Shown here: piece by piece, positions 38,158 through 46,639 of the stretch
How positions within the stretch are numbered: the stretch's first letter is position 1
How the letters are laid out: every line of letters starts with the position of its first letter
Source: Pseudomonadota bacterium
Lineage (GTDB): Bacteria > Pseudomonadota > Alphaproteobacteria > Micavibrionales > UBA2020
DNA length: 64,000 nucleotides
NCBI GenBank assembly: GCA_021805245.1
Contig: JAJZFS010000048.1
Span: forward strand, 5,536-69,535
Reading direction: 5' to 3'
Program-made: the position numbers and the translations under genes
The notes under the pieces: model-generated
What the model saw: only the letters and a program-made list of their open reading frames with translations
What the model was told of the DNA's origin: nothing
Database searches by the model: none

Positions 38158-39276
38158 TCACCCCCCGAACGCGTGCGCGAAGGCTTCCAGCGAACCCTTC
38201 AGCGCCTTACTGCGGCTGTGGTGCGTATCGACGGAGACCGAAGCGCTCAGCCCCGCTTCCAGCGCAACATGCGGGCCGGTTGTTGACAGATCAATGCGCA
38301 CCGGCAAGCGTTGCACCACTTTCACCCAGTTGCCGGTGGCGTTTTCCGGCGGCAGGACGGAAAAGCTCGCGCCCGTGCCGGGGCTGACGCTGACGACCGT
38401 TCCATGAAACGCTGCGTCGGGATAGGCGTCAAAGGTAACCGTCGCCGCCTGCCCCGCGTGCATATAGGTGAGGTCCGTCTCCTTGAAGTTCGCCTCGATC
38501 CAGATGTTTTTATCCGACACCAGCGCAAAAACCGGCGTTGCCGCCTTTATATAAGTGCCGACCTGCAAAAGTTCGACGCGCGTCACGATGCCGTCCGCCG
38601 GCGCATGGATGACGGCATAGGAAAGATCGAGCTTCGCCTGCTCCAACGCATCCGCGGCCTGCATCACGGCGGGATGCGCGTCCACGGCGATATCCGGATT
38701 GCCGCCCAGAGCGGCGACGGTATTGGCCTGGTGCTGTTTGGCGGCGGCGAGTTTTTGTTCTGCTTGCGCCACGGCGTTTTGCGCCGCATCGAGATGCGCT
38801 TGCGAGGCAATGCCCTCTTTGGTCAGTTTTTTCTGCCGCGCAAGCTCGCTCTGCGCGTATGCCAGCGCGCTTTTGGCCGCCGTGACATCCGCCTGACGCT
38901 GCAAATACGTGGCTTTCAGCGCGGAAACCTTTAATTTGATATCCGCGAGATGCGCCTCGGCATTCTGCACGGCAAGCGTCAGGTCTTGCGTATCGAGTTT
39001 GAAAAGAACATCGCCTTTATGCACCGGCTGATTGTCATGCACATCCACTTCCGTCACGCGGCCGGAGATGTTGGAACTGATATCGGTGCGCGCCGCCGCC
39101 ACATAGGCGTCGTCGGTCGAAACATAACGGCCGGTCATCAGATAAAACGCGACCGCCGCGACGAGAAACAGCAACGGCCCGCCGACCAGCAACCAACGGC
39201 GGCGTTTTTGCAATACGTCCTTTTGGTGGCCGGTCTTTTTTGCGGGCGCCGTGGCGGGGGCGGCAGGAGACGTCAT
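38158..39276 (-). CDS. HlyD/EmrA-family membrane fusion protein
   Basis: 372 aa with an N-terminal TM, a coiled coil and a beta-barrel region (YVSTDDAYV..., ISGRVTEV). Confidence 0.88.
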   Translation of the reverse strand: MTSPAAPATAPAKKTGHQKDVLQKRRRWLLVGGPLLFLVAAVAFYLMTGRYVSTDDAYVAAARTDISSNISGRVTEVDVHDNQPVHKGDVLFKLDTQDLTLAVQNAEAHLADIKLKVSALKATYLQRQADVTAAKSALAYAQSELARQKKLTKEGIASQAHLDAAQNAVAQAEQKLAAAKQHQANTVAALGGNPDIAVDAHPAVMQAADALEQAKLDLSYAVIHAPADGIVTRVELLQVGTYIKAATPVFALVSDKNIWIEANFKETDLTYMHAGQAATVTFDAYPDAAFHGTVVSVSPGTGASFSVLPPENATGNWVKVVQRLPVRIDLSTTGPHVALEAGLSASVSVDTHHSRSKALKGSLEAFAHAFGG

Positions 39277-39298
39277 GGGTTGATCCTTTTATTCCCAT

Positions 39299-39319
39299 TA
39301 TAACGCGCCTTGCGTTATA
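39299..39319. promoter_or_regulatory. Interrupted dyad TATAACGC-N5-GCGTTATA in the emrA/LysR divergent intergenic region (candidate LysR operator)
   Basis: Perfect 8-bp inverted repeat read directly, located between divergent genes. Confidence 0.5.
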
Positions 39320-39365
39320 TGATAATATCACATAATATAAATAGACTATTTGATAGGAACGAATA

Positions 39366-40271
39366 ATGCGCGGAACCGAATTCGCCGAGCTGGATGCCTT
39401 CGTCGCCGTCGCCGAACGGCTGAACTTCGCGCGCGCCGCAACCGCGCTCGGCCTCGCCCCTTCGACATTAAGCCAGACCATCCGCGCGCTGGAAGACAGG
39501 TTGGGCGTGCGCCTGCTCAACCGCACCACGCGCAGCGTCTCGCTGACCGAAGCGGGCGAGCGGCTTCTCGCACGCATCCGCCCGGCCTTTGCCGATCTCA
39601 ACAGCGCCGTCGCCGCCGTCAACGACTTCCGGCAAAAACCCGCGGGCACGCTGCGCCTCAGCGTTTCGACCATCCCCGCGCACATGATCCTCGCGCCGCT
39701 GCTCAAAAAATTCATGGCCGCCTACCCTGCCATCACGCTCGATGTGACGGTGGACGACGCCTCGGGCGATATTGTCGGCGGCAGTTTTGACGCCGGCATC
39801 CGCTACGGCAAGCGCATCGCGCAAAACATGCTGTTGGTGAAGGCCAGTCCGCAGTCGCGCATCGTCGCCGTCGCGTCGCCGGACTATCTCGCCCGCCACG
39901 GCGCGCCGGAAACGCCGCATGACTTGCAAGATCACGATTGCATCCGTTTCCGGCTCGGCACAGGGCAACTGCTGCCGTGGGAATTCGGCAAGGGCAAAAG
40001 GAAGATGGAAGTGGCCGTGAGAGGCCCGCTGATCGTCAACAATCCCGACCTGATCGTTGCCGCCGCGCGCGATGGCGTCGGCATCGGCTATATGGTCGAG
40101 GCCTATGTTGCGGAAGATATCCGCAAGGGCAGGCTCATCCCCATGCTCACCGACTGGTCGCCGCTCTACCGCAGTTATTACCTTTACTACGCCAGCCGCC
40201 ACCACCTGTCCGCCCCTTTGCGCGTATTTATCGCCTTTTTGAAAGCGCAGAGCGGCGGGGAAGCTTCATAA
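39366..40271 (+). CDS. LysR-family transcriptional regulator
   Basis: N-terminal HTH (FVAVAERLNFARAATALGLAPSTLSQTIRALE) plus a LysR substrate-binding domain. Confidence 0.92.
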   Translation: MRGTEFAELDAFVAVAERLNFARAATALGLAPSTLSQTIRALEDRLGVRLLNRTTRSVSLTEAGERLLARIRPAFADLNSAVAAVNDFRQKPAGTLRLSVSTIPAHMILAPLLKKFMAAYPAITLDVTVDDASGDIVGGSFDAGIRYGKRIAQNMLLVKASPQSRIVAVASPDYLARHGAPETPHDLQDHDCIRFRLGTGQLLPWEFGKGKRKMEVAVRGPLIVNNPDLIVAAARDGVGIGYMVEAYVAEDIRKGRLIPMLTDWSPLYRSYYLYYASRHHLSAPLRVFIAFLKAQSGGEAS

Positions 40272-40422
40272 AAAATCTTGACGCCAGCCTTTAAGTTTTT
40301 GTTTTTAAATACAAAATTCAACTTTTTCTGCCATGTGTATTTTCAGAAAGTAATTGCATAACTTATATGGATTTGCTAGGGTGCGCAAACGCAAATGCCC
40401 CGCCCTTGAAGGAGAATAACTT

Positions 40423-41205
40423 ATGCCCCCCGTTTCCGGTCAAAACTCTGATGGTCAGACACCACCGCAACATCTTTATACGCAAAAATCACCTGCCGAC
40501 GTCGTGCTGACGGCGCACTTCAACGAAAAAGGGCAACAAACGACAAAAAGCGTCGGCCATCCGTGGCGTTATTTCATTGCCAACGGCGAAGCGCTTGAAA
40601 AAATCGAACAGTTCATCAAGGACAGCCAAAACGTCGGGGCCATATACCAGGCGTTCGCCGATTCCGTCGGCGCAAAAAAATATAACGGACGCAGCTTCGC
40701 GTTTGACTTCGACATGAAGGATCTCGAACAGATCGAGAACCAGTCCAACATGCGCTTCAAGAAAGATACCGATTTTGTGACGCCCTGCATGTCGATGGGC
40801 GACTTTTATCCGGACCGGGAAACGCCACGGGGTAAAGAAATTGGCGAAAAAGCCCAGCAACTGCAAACGCTACTCTATCCCGAGCGCCGCTTTGCCGCAT
40901 GGCTCGGCAATGTGAACGTCGACACCAACGAACACGGCCACCCGCGCTTTGGCGGGCACGACAAGAAATCGGCGGAAATCGAAAGGATCGGCGATCTCTG
41001 GATTATCAAAGTGCCCGTCGTCGGCAAAGGCGTATACGGCGCCGACGGTAAAGGCGGCATGCTCTCCGGCTACGAAGACAGCTGGACCATCCCGCCGAAT
41101 TCAACGCCCATCAAAATTTCCGATTACTTCAAACTGTTGGAAGACGCGAACGCTCTCAGCCAGATGCCCAATACACAAAAACCCGCGCCAAAGCCGAAAT
41201 TATGA
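40423..41205 (+). CDS. Hypothetical protein (260 aa), first gene of the low-GC accessory region
   Basis: Strong RBS AAGGAG 8 nt upstream. I recognise no domain. Confidence 0.5.
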   Translation: MPPVSGQNSDGQTPPQHLYTQKSPADVVLTAHFNEKGQQTTKSVGHPWRYFIANGEALEKIEQFIKDSQNVGAIYQAFADSVGAKKYNGRSFAFDFDMKDLEQIENQSNMRFKKDTDFVTPCMSMGDFYPDRETPRGKEIGEKAQQLQTLLYPERRFAAWLGNVNVDTNEHGHPRFGGHDKKSAEIERIGDLWIIKVPVVGKGVYGADGKGGMLSGYEDSWTIPPNSTPIKISDYFKLLEDANALSQMPNTQKPAPKPKL

Positions 41206-41616
41206 GCGCCGCCTTTCATATCCAAGCCGCGCGCCTGCCCGCATTTTCTTTCATTTTGCGATAGACGCACAGGAGCAAGCGTATCCCAAAGTATACGGAC
41301 GCGATGCCCTCCCAGAATGGAGTAGATGCCTTTAAAAACCGGCAGCGATTGCCGATCGTCGATAGACGGTGCCCTCGGACAGTCTTCAGTCCGGTCACTT
41401 GTGCCTGCTGATCAAGGCTGTCCTCTGCAACCGTCTCTTTTGTGCTAATTGGAAAGATCAGTGCCGCTTTTTCAGGCGGCTTGGACGGGTGACCCTTCTC
41501 CATCAGGACAATGGAAACATTCTTTATATCCTTTTGTTGTTGATAGGGAACAATGATTTCTACGGATATTACTGTAACGCTAGGCCAGTGCAGCACACCA
41601 ACTACAGGAGCGGAAC

Positions 41617-42189
41617 ATGATCAACCTACGCAATATTGTTATGGCCTTTATAGTGATGGCGGCAACGGCCCTCCCGCTCGGCACGATGAATTCCGCCCAC
41701 GCGGCAACTGCCAAGGATCTGGACAAGGATTCCAGCCAGGCTTTGGCAAGGCTTTACAAAACCAATTCACTGGCACAAGACCTTTCCCACAAAGCCAAGG
41801 CTATTCTCGTCTTCCCGAATATTGTGAAGGCCGGCCTTATTTTCGGCGGCAGCTATGGCGAGGGGGAATTGCTGGTGGGCTCGAAAGTTGACGGATATTA
41901 CAACTCCGTGGGCGCGTCCTGGGGTTTGCAGGCGGGCGCCCAGTCCTATGGTTACGCCGTATTCCTGATGACAGATAAAGCCGTGAAGTATGTTCATGAT
42001 ACGCATGGCTGGGAAATCGGCGTGGGCCCGACGGTTGTCGTGGTCGACTCAGGGGTCGCCAAGAATCTTTCAACCTCTACGCTGAAAGACGACGCCTATG
42101 CCTTTATCTTCAGCCAGCAGGGCTTGATGGCTGGGATTAGCATTGAAGGAACAAAAATTTCCCGCATTAAAAAAACCAGCAAAAAGTGA
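41617..42189 (+). CDS. SYLF (Ysc84-like, DUF500) lipid-binding domain protein, secreted
   Basis: Signal peptide ..MNSAHA; ILVFPNIVKAGLIFGGSYGEGELL...SWGLQAGAQSYGYAVFLM is the typical SYLF sequence. Confidence 0.75.
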   Translation: MINLRNIVMAFIVMAATALPLGTMNSAHAATAKDLDKDSSQALARLYKTNSLAQDLSHKAKAILVFPNIVKAGLIFGGSYGEGELLVGSKVDGYYNSVGASWGLQAGAQSYGYAVFLMTDKAVKYVHDTHGWEIGVGPTVVVVDSGVAKNLSTSTLKDDAYAFIFSQQGLMAGISIEGTKISRIKKTSKK

Positions 42190-42221
42190 AACACGGCATA
42201 TTCAGCCCACAGGAGGGTCAC

Positions 42222-42863
42222 ATGAAAAGCAAGCTTGTTTTCTCGGCCATCGGCCTCGTCTTCTGCCTTGGCGTCGTCGCGCTCCCGAGCCCTGCGGCAC
42301 ACGCGCAACAGGCCATGGGGTCTTTATACTATTATCCGATCCCCCGATCGGAAATCCAGAAGCATTACCAGGGGTGGGCGACATTCATGGAATCAGAGAG
42401 CCGCGAGCCATGCCAGAATTATCAGGCCCCGCCCGCAGGATATGAGATGAAGGGGTGCCATCTTTCGCGCAGCACAGAAGCCATCGCCTGGCTGACGCCG
42501 GCGGCGGGCGCGCCGGGGCATGCCTATACGATCCTTTTTGACTTGAATAAGTCGAGTATCCGCAGCGGCGCAGAAAACAAACTTGACCAAATTGCGCGTG
42601 AAATACAACGTGAAATACAAGCGGATCCCCAGACAGAAGTTACTGTTTCCGGCTTCGCAGACAGGTCCGGCAGTAAAAAATATAACCAGGCCCTGTCGGA
42701 AAGAAGGACGCAAGCTGTTGTTGAGGCCCTTGCTGCACGAGGCGTCACGGTTGAAGCAGGCAATCAAAGATCGTACGGCGAAACCGGGGCCGCAGCCGTC
42801 GCAACTGCTGACGGCATCAGCAGACAGGAAAACCGGCGCGTCGTGGTTTACTTTGCCCGTTAG
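42222..42863 (+). CDS. OmpA-family peptidoglycan-binding protein
   Basis: Signal peptide ...SPAAHAQ and a C-terminal OmpA_C domain (VTVSGFADRSGSKKYNQALSERRTQAV). Confidence 0.8.
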   Translation: MKSKLVFSAIGLVFCLGVVALPSPAAHAQQAMGSLYYYPIPRSEIQKHYQGWATFMESESREPCQNYQAPPAGYEMKGCHLSRSTEAIAWLTPAAGAPGHAYTILFDLNKSSIRSGAENKLDQIAREIQREIQADPQTEVTVSGFADRSGSKKYNQALSERRTQAVVEALAARGVTVEAGNQRSYGETGAAAVATADGISRQENRRVVVYFAR

Positions 42864-42897
42864 GCGATAGGGTTTTGCAAACGTGAAAGGAAAAAGC

Positions 42898-43074
42898 ATG
42901 CTGCGGTGGGCTTTAATATTTCTGGTGTTTGCATTGATTGCGGGCGTGCTCGGGTTTGGCGGCATTGCCGCCGGAGCAATGGAGATTGCGCGCATCCTGT
43001 TCGTCGTTTTCCTTGTTCTGTTTATCATCGCGGCGGTCATGCACGTCTCGCACGGCAAGCTTCCGCCGACTTGA
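42898..43074 (+). CDS. UPF0391/DUF1328 small membrane protein
   Basis: [27 protein letters not shown]... is the canonical family N-terminus. Confidence 0.8.
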   Translation: MLRWALIFLVFALIAGVLGFGGIAAGAMEIARILFVVFLVLFIIAAVMHVSHGKLPPT

Positions 43075-43181
43075 ATGACGGCAGAGCTTTTGTTTTCCGA
43101 TTGCGCAGCGGCGCACCGGTAAAAGCGCCGGGATCGAGATGCGCGAAAAGAGTGTCACGAACAATTAAAAAGGAGATTATC

Positions 43182-43421
43182 ATGAGAATATCATCTTTTG
43201 TTACAGCAAGATCCCTCGTCATGTATGTCTGCATTCTATCGCTCGCGGCATGCGCCAATATGACTGATACGCAGCGGCGCACACTCACCGGCGCAGGGGT
43301 GGGTGCCGGTGTCGGCGCCCTCGGCGCGTCCGTAACGGGGGGCAACGCCATTGGCGGCGCCGCTCTGGGTGCCGGCGTCGGCGCCGTCGGCGGCTATGTT
43401 TACGATCAGTCAAAGAAGTGA
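43182..43421 (+). CDS. Glycine-zipper lipoprotein (OsmB/YMGG-like)
   Basis: AGGAG RBS, lipobox LSLAAC, and GAGVGAGVGALGASVTGGNAIGGAALGAGVGAVGG. Confidence 0.75.
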   Translation: MRISSFVTARSLVMYVCILSLAACANMTDTQRRTLTGAGVGAGVGALGASVTGGNAIGGAALGAGVGAVGGYVYDQSKK

Positions 43422-43494
43422 AGCCGACAAAAGAAACGCATAAAAAAATCGCTGCGAGAGGGGTACCGTCCCCGTAACCACAACCGAAAAGGAG

Positions 43495-43713
43495 ATGTAT
43501 GCTATGAAACAAGACATATTCGAGGGCGACTGGAAGAAGCTTAAAGGCGAAGTCCGGAAACAGTGGGGCAAGCTGACGGACGATCACCTCGAGAGAATCA
43601 ACGGTAGCCGCGAAAAGCTGGTTGGCGAGATTCAGAAACATTACGGCATTGCCCGCGAAGAAGCGGCAAGGCAAGTAAGGGAATGGGAGCGCGCCCATAA
43701 AAAGGCGGCTTAA
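43495..43713 (+). CDS. CsbD-family stress protein
   Basis: GDWKKLKGEVRKQWGKLTDDHLERINGSREKLVGEIQKHYG is the canonical CsbD sequence. Confidence 0.88.
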   Translation: MYAMKQDIFEGDWKKLKGEVRKQWGKLTDDHLERINGSREKLVGEIQKHYGIAREEAARQVREWERAHKKAA

Positions 43714-43730
43714 TAAGGCTCTTATTTTTT

Positions 43731-43771
43731 GCGGGGCTGGCGTTCATCTTAAAAACGCCAACCCCGCTTTT
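43731..43771 (+). terminator. Intrinsic terminator after csbD
   Basis: 14-bp stem GCGGGGCTGGCGTT / AACGCCAACCCCGC (one mismatch), a 9-nt loop, then TTTT. Confidence 0.7.
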
Positions 43772-43801
43772 AAACACGGCAGCGCAAAACGGGATAATAA
43801 A

Positions 43802-43960
43802 ATGAATACAAGTGCAAATAGCAAGGTTTTACTGTTTCTTATTGCAGTTGCCCTTATCGGAATTTTGACGGTCATGATCATGAACGCCAATAAGAAAACA
43901 TCGGCTGAAAAAGTTAGCAACAGCATTAGCAAGGCAATTGACAACGCCTCTAAAAAATAG
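43802..43960 (+). CDS. Small single-TM protein (52 aa), not in the ORF track
   Basis: My translation is MNTSANSKVLLFLIAVALIGILTVMIMNANKKTSAEKVSNSISKAIDNASKK. The RBS is weak. Confidence 0.3.
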   Translation: MNTSANSKVLLFLIAVALIGILTVMIMNANKKTSAEKVSNSISKAIDNASKK

Positions 43961-43973
43961 CGGCGGAGCGATT

Positions 43974-44612
43974 TTACCGGTTGTAGCGATATTGGGTCTT
44001 TTGAGCCTGCGTGTGCAGATTGTCGCATTTTTTCATCTTATAACACACGAAAAGCGTCACAACGTCGCCGATGGGCCGGATAAAACTGTTCATGCCGAAG
44101 TCCGAGCGTTTTATTTCTCCTGTAACTATAAAGCCGCCCGTATAGGCATCGTCCCTCTTGTTCTGACGCGCCGCAACATCCGGGATTTCGAGAAGAGCAA
44201 GGGTGATAGGCTTCGTTACGCCCCTTAAGGTCAAATTCCCCGTAATCAGACCTGTGTTGTCCGGACCAAGCTTTATTTTATCACTGTGAAAAATCATCTC
44301 CGGATATTTGTCTGCGTCGAATAAAGCGGGGCCGCGTATATCTCTATTCCGCGACTCCACGCCGGTGTCAACGCTGGTCGTTTTTACAATGATGTCGGCG
44401 TGACTGTTTTCAGGATGATCCCGGTCAATGATGAAATCTCCTTTAAAGTCATTAAAGTGGCCGCTAATGTGCAGTATCAGCAGATAACGGATATTAAAGC
44501 CTACATAGGTCAGGTTCTTATCGAAGCCGGTTGTTGCAGGATTTGTCCCGGCCTGTGCGCTTGTTGCGAGCGCGACAAAAGTAAAAATCAAAATTGTGCG
44601 AAATAATTTCAC
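43974..44612 (-). CDS. YceI-family periplasmic polyisoprenoid-binding protein
   Basis: GTG at 44612 gives (M)KLFRTILIFTFVALATSAQA (signal). HISGHFNDFKGDFIID and LTLRGVTKPITL are YceI hallmarks. The ORF track extends to 44750. Confidence 0.75.
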   Translation of the reverse strand: MKLFRTILIFTFVALATSAQAGTNPATTGFDKNLTYVGFNIRYLLILHISGHFNDFKGDFIIDRDHPENSHADIIVKTTSVDTGVESRNRDIRGPALFDADKYPEMIFHSDKIKLGPDNTGLITGNLTLRGVTKPITLALLEIPDVAARQNKRDDAYTGGFIVTGEIKRSDFGMNSFIRPIGDVVTLFVCYKMKKCDNLHTQAQKTQYRYNR

Positions 44613-44803
44613 TGTATTACATCCCCCGTCGCACAAGGCGCCTCTCTGCAGAAATGCATCTTCGATGCATTGAAGACATGATTTATCATACCGCTTATGC
44701 TTTTGTGCCGGTTTGACGGCTATCAAGGTGTTGAAAGAATGCAGTCGCATAGTATGTGACTCAATAATCCCCGCCTCGCGTCATCAATATCACGGGAAGA
44801 ATA

Positions 44804-45961
44804 ATGTTAGGTGTTCAATCATACTCAAATAAAAGCGGGCCGCTGGAACTCGCCAAAGATTTGTTTACAGCGATCGTAAAGTCCTCCGACGACGTTATTA
44901 TCAGCGCGACTCTGGGCGGCGTGATCACGTCATGGAATCCCAGCGCTGAACGGCTGTTCGGCTATGACGCGACTGAGGCCATTGGCAGGAATATCAGCAT
45001 TATTACGCCGCCGGAGCTGGCCGAAGACCAGAGCCGCATTACAGATCAGGTGCGGGCGGGAGAAGCCGTGAAGCATTATAAAACAGTCCGTAAAAATAAG
45101 GACGGGCAGTATATCGATGTCAATGTCACGATATCCCCTGTTTACGATGAAACGAACCGAATTATAGGCACATCATGGATCATGCAGGATATTAGCGGGC
45201 AGGAAATAATAGAATCGCGCCTGCGTGATTATCTCGGCGAACTGGAAAAGAGCAACGAGGATCTGAACACATTCGCGCATATCGCATCCCACGACCTGAG
45301 GGAACCCCTACGCGGCCTCAGCAGCCTGTCTTTGTTTCTGCTGGAGGATTACAAGGACAAGCTGGACGCAAACGGCATAAAAATGCTGAACAACCTTGTC
45401 GTTCTTTGCGGCTGTATGGACAACCTGATTACCGATCTTCTGTACTTCTCTGAACTGGCGAATGAAGAAACGTCTTTGCAAGAGACAGATGTCAATAAAA
45501 TTGTGCAGGATATCCGGCAGATGACGGAACATTTGCTCCAAGAGAAGAATGCCCGCATTGTTGTTCCGCGCCCCCTGCCCATCGTTACCTGCGACAGGGC
45601 ACGGGTTACGGAAGTGTTTAGGAATCTGATCACCAACGCCGTAAAATACAATGATAAAAAGGAGCCCGTGGTTGAGGTGGGGTTCCTGAAAACAATGAAA
45701 ACGCAGAACGGCCATGAAGAGAGCGTATTCTACGTCAAGGACAATGGCATTGGCATTGAACAAAAACATTACAAAATGATATTCAGCATGTTTAAAAGAA
45801 TCCCCTCCGTCACGCCGCACGAAAGAGCGGGGACGGGCGTGGGATTGGCTTTCGCCAAAAAAATTGTCGAGCGTCATAACGGACGTATCTGGCTGGAATC
45901 CGAGCCGGACAAGGGAACGACGTTTTATTTTACCCTGCATCCCCAAAAGGCCCTTCAATGA
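44804..45961 (+). CDS. PAS-domain sensor histidine kinase (cytoplasmic)
   Basis: PAS (..ISATLGGVITSWNPSAERLFGY..), H-box FAHIASHDLREPLRG, N-box ITNAVKYN, and G-boxes DNGIGI / GTGVGLA. Confidence 0.9.
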   Translation: MLGVQSYSNKSGPLELAKDLFTAIVKSSDDVIISATLGGVITSWNPSAERLFGYDATEAIGRNISIITPPELAEDQSRITDQVRAGEAVKHYKTVRKNKDGQYIDVNVTISPVYDETNRIIGTSWIMQDISGQEIIESRLRDYLGELEKSNEDLNTFAHIASHDLREPLRGLSSLSLFLLEDYKDKLDANGIKMLNNLVVLCGCMDNLITDLLYFSELANEETSLQETDVNKIVQDIRQMTEHLLQEKNARIVVPRPLPIVTCDRARVTEVFRNLITNAVKYNDKKEPVVEVGFLKTMKTQNGHEESVFYVKDNGIGIEQKHYKMIFSMFKRIPSVTPHERAGTGVGLAFAKKIVERHNGRIWLESEPDKGTTFYFTLHPQKALQ

Positions 45962-46437
45962 GCAATTCCCTGCCAGATCCGCAAACCATCCTCATTGCCG
46001 ATGACAATGAACAGGATTACATGGCGACATCGCGCGCTTTCAAAAAGTTTAATCTCCTTAACCAGACAGTGCGGTGCAAATCTGGTCAGGAGGAACTGGC
46101 GTATCTCCGGCATGAAGGCGCTTTTAAAGATGTAAAATCCACACCCGGAATTATCTTGCTTGATCTCAATATGCCTGAAATGAGCGGGCATGAGACCTTA
46201 CATCTTATAAAGAACGACTAGACCCTCAAGCATATTCCCGTCATCATGCTCACCTCATCCGACGATGCCGGCGATGTCATGACCTCTTTTCAGGAAGAGG
46301 CGAATTCCTATGTGTAAAAGCCGGTCAACTTCGAGAAAATGATAACGGCGATTAAAGGGCTGAACGAATACTGGTTTGAAATCTCTCTTCTGCCGAAAGA
46401 CGCAATCCCGCGAGGGTCATTAAGTTTCAAAGAATGA
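45958..46437 (+). pseudogene. Single-domain response regulator receiver with two in-frame stop codons (TAG 46219-46221, TAA 46315-46317)
   Basis: ATGA overlap with the kinase stop. The read-through translation is ...ILIADDNEQD...IILLDLNMPEMSGHETLHLIKND*TLKHIPVIMLTSSDDAGDVMTSFQEEANSYV*KPVNFEKMITAIKGLNEYWFEISLLP. All receiver hallmarks (DD, D, T, K) stay in one frame. Confidence 0.8.
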
Positions 46438-46496
46438 GCGGATTTCATCCTTTTTCGCGCTTAAATCAGGCACTATGCTTGAGTGCGGTCGATTCC

Positions 46497-46510
46497 TGTG
46501 ATTTTTCACA
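46497..46510. promoter_or_regulatory. Inverted repeat TGTGA-N4-TCACA upstream of the Crp/Fnr gene
   Basis: tgtgatttttcaca read directly, about 130 nt upstream of ATG 46640. The spacing is 2 nt shorter than canonical CRP/FNR boxes. Confidence 0.25.
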
Positions 46511-46639
46511 CAATTGCCTTGTGCAAACAGGATATGTGGCGTCTACTGTCATCTGAAACTATTTTTCAGATTCTCCCCTTTTTCTAACATTTTTTCGAAA
46601 GGCGATGCGTCCATATAATTTTTTTAGAAACAAAGCACC

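Noticed and set aside
41216-41596. The 126-aa minus-strand ORF as a real gene.
   Set aside because: It has a GTG start with no RBS, no recognisable domain, and an odd composition. It is kept only as part of the unexplained-gap finding.
41540-43500. EcfG (general stress sigma) promoters GGAAC-N16-17-CGTT upstream of the SYLF, OmpA, DUF1328, glycine-zipper and csbD genes.
   Set aside because: A GGAAC is present at 41547, but the -10 position reads ATTA. The other upstream regions lack GGAAC at a usable distance. No call made.
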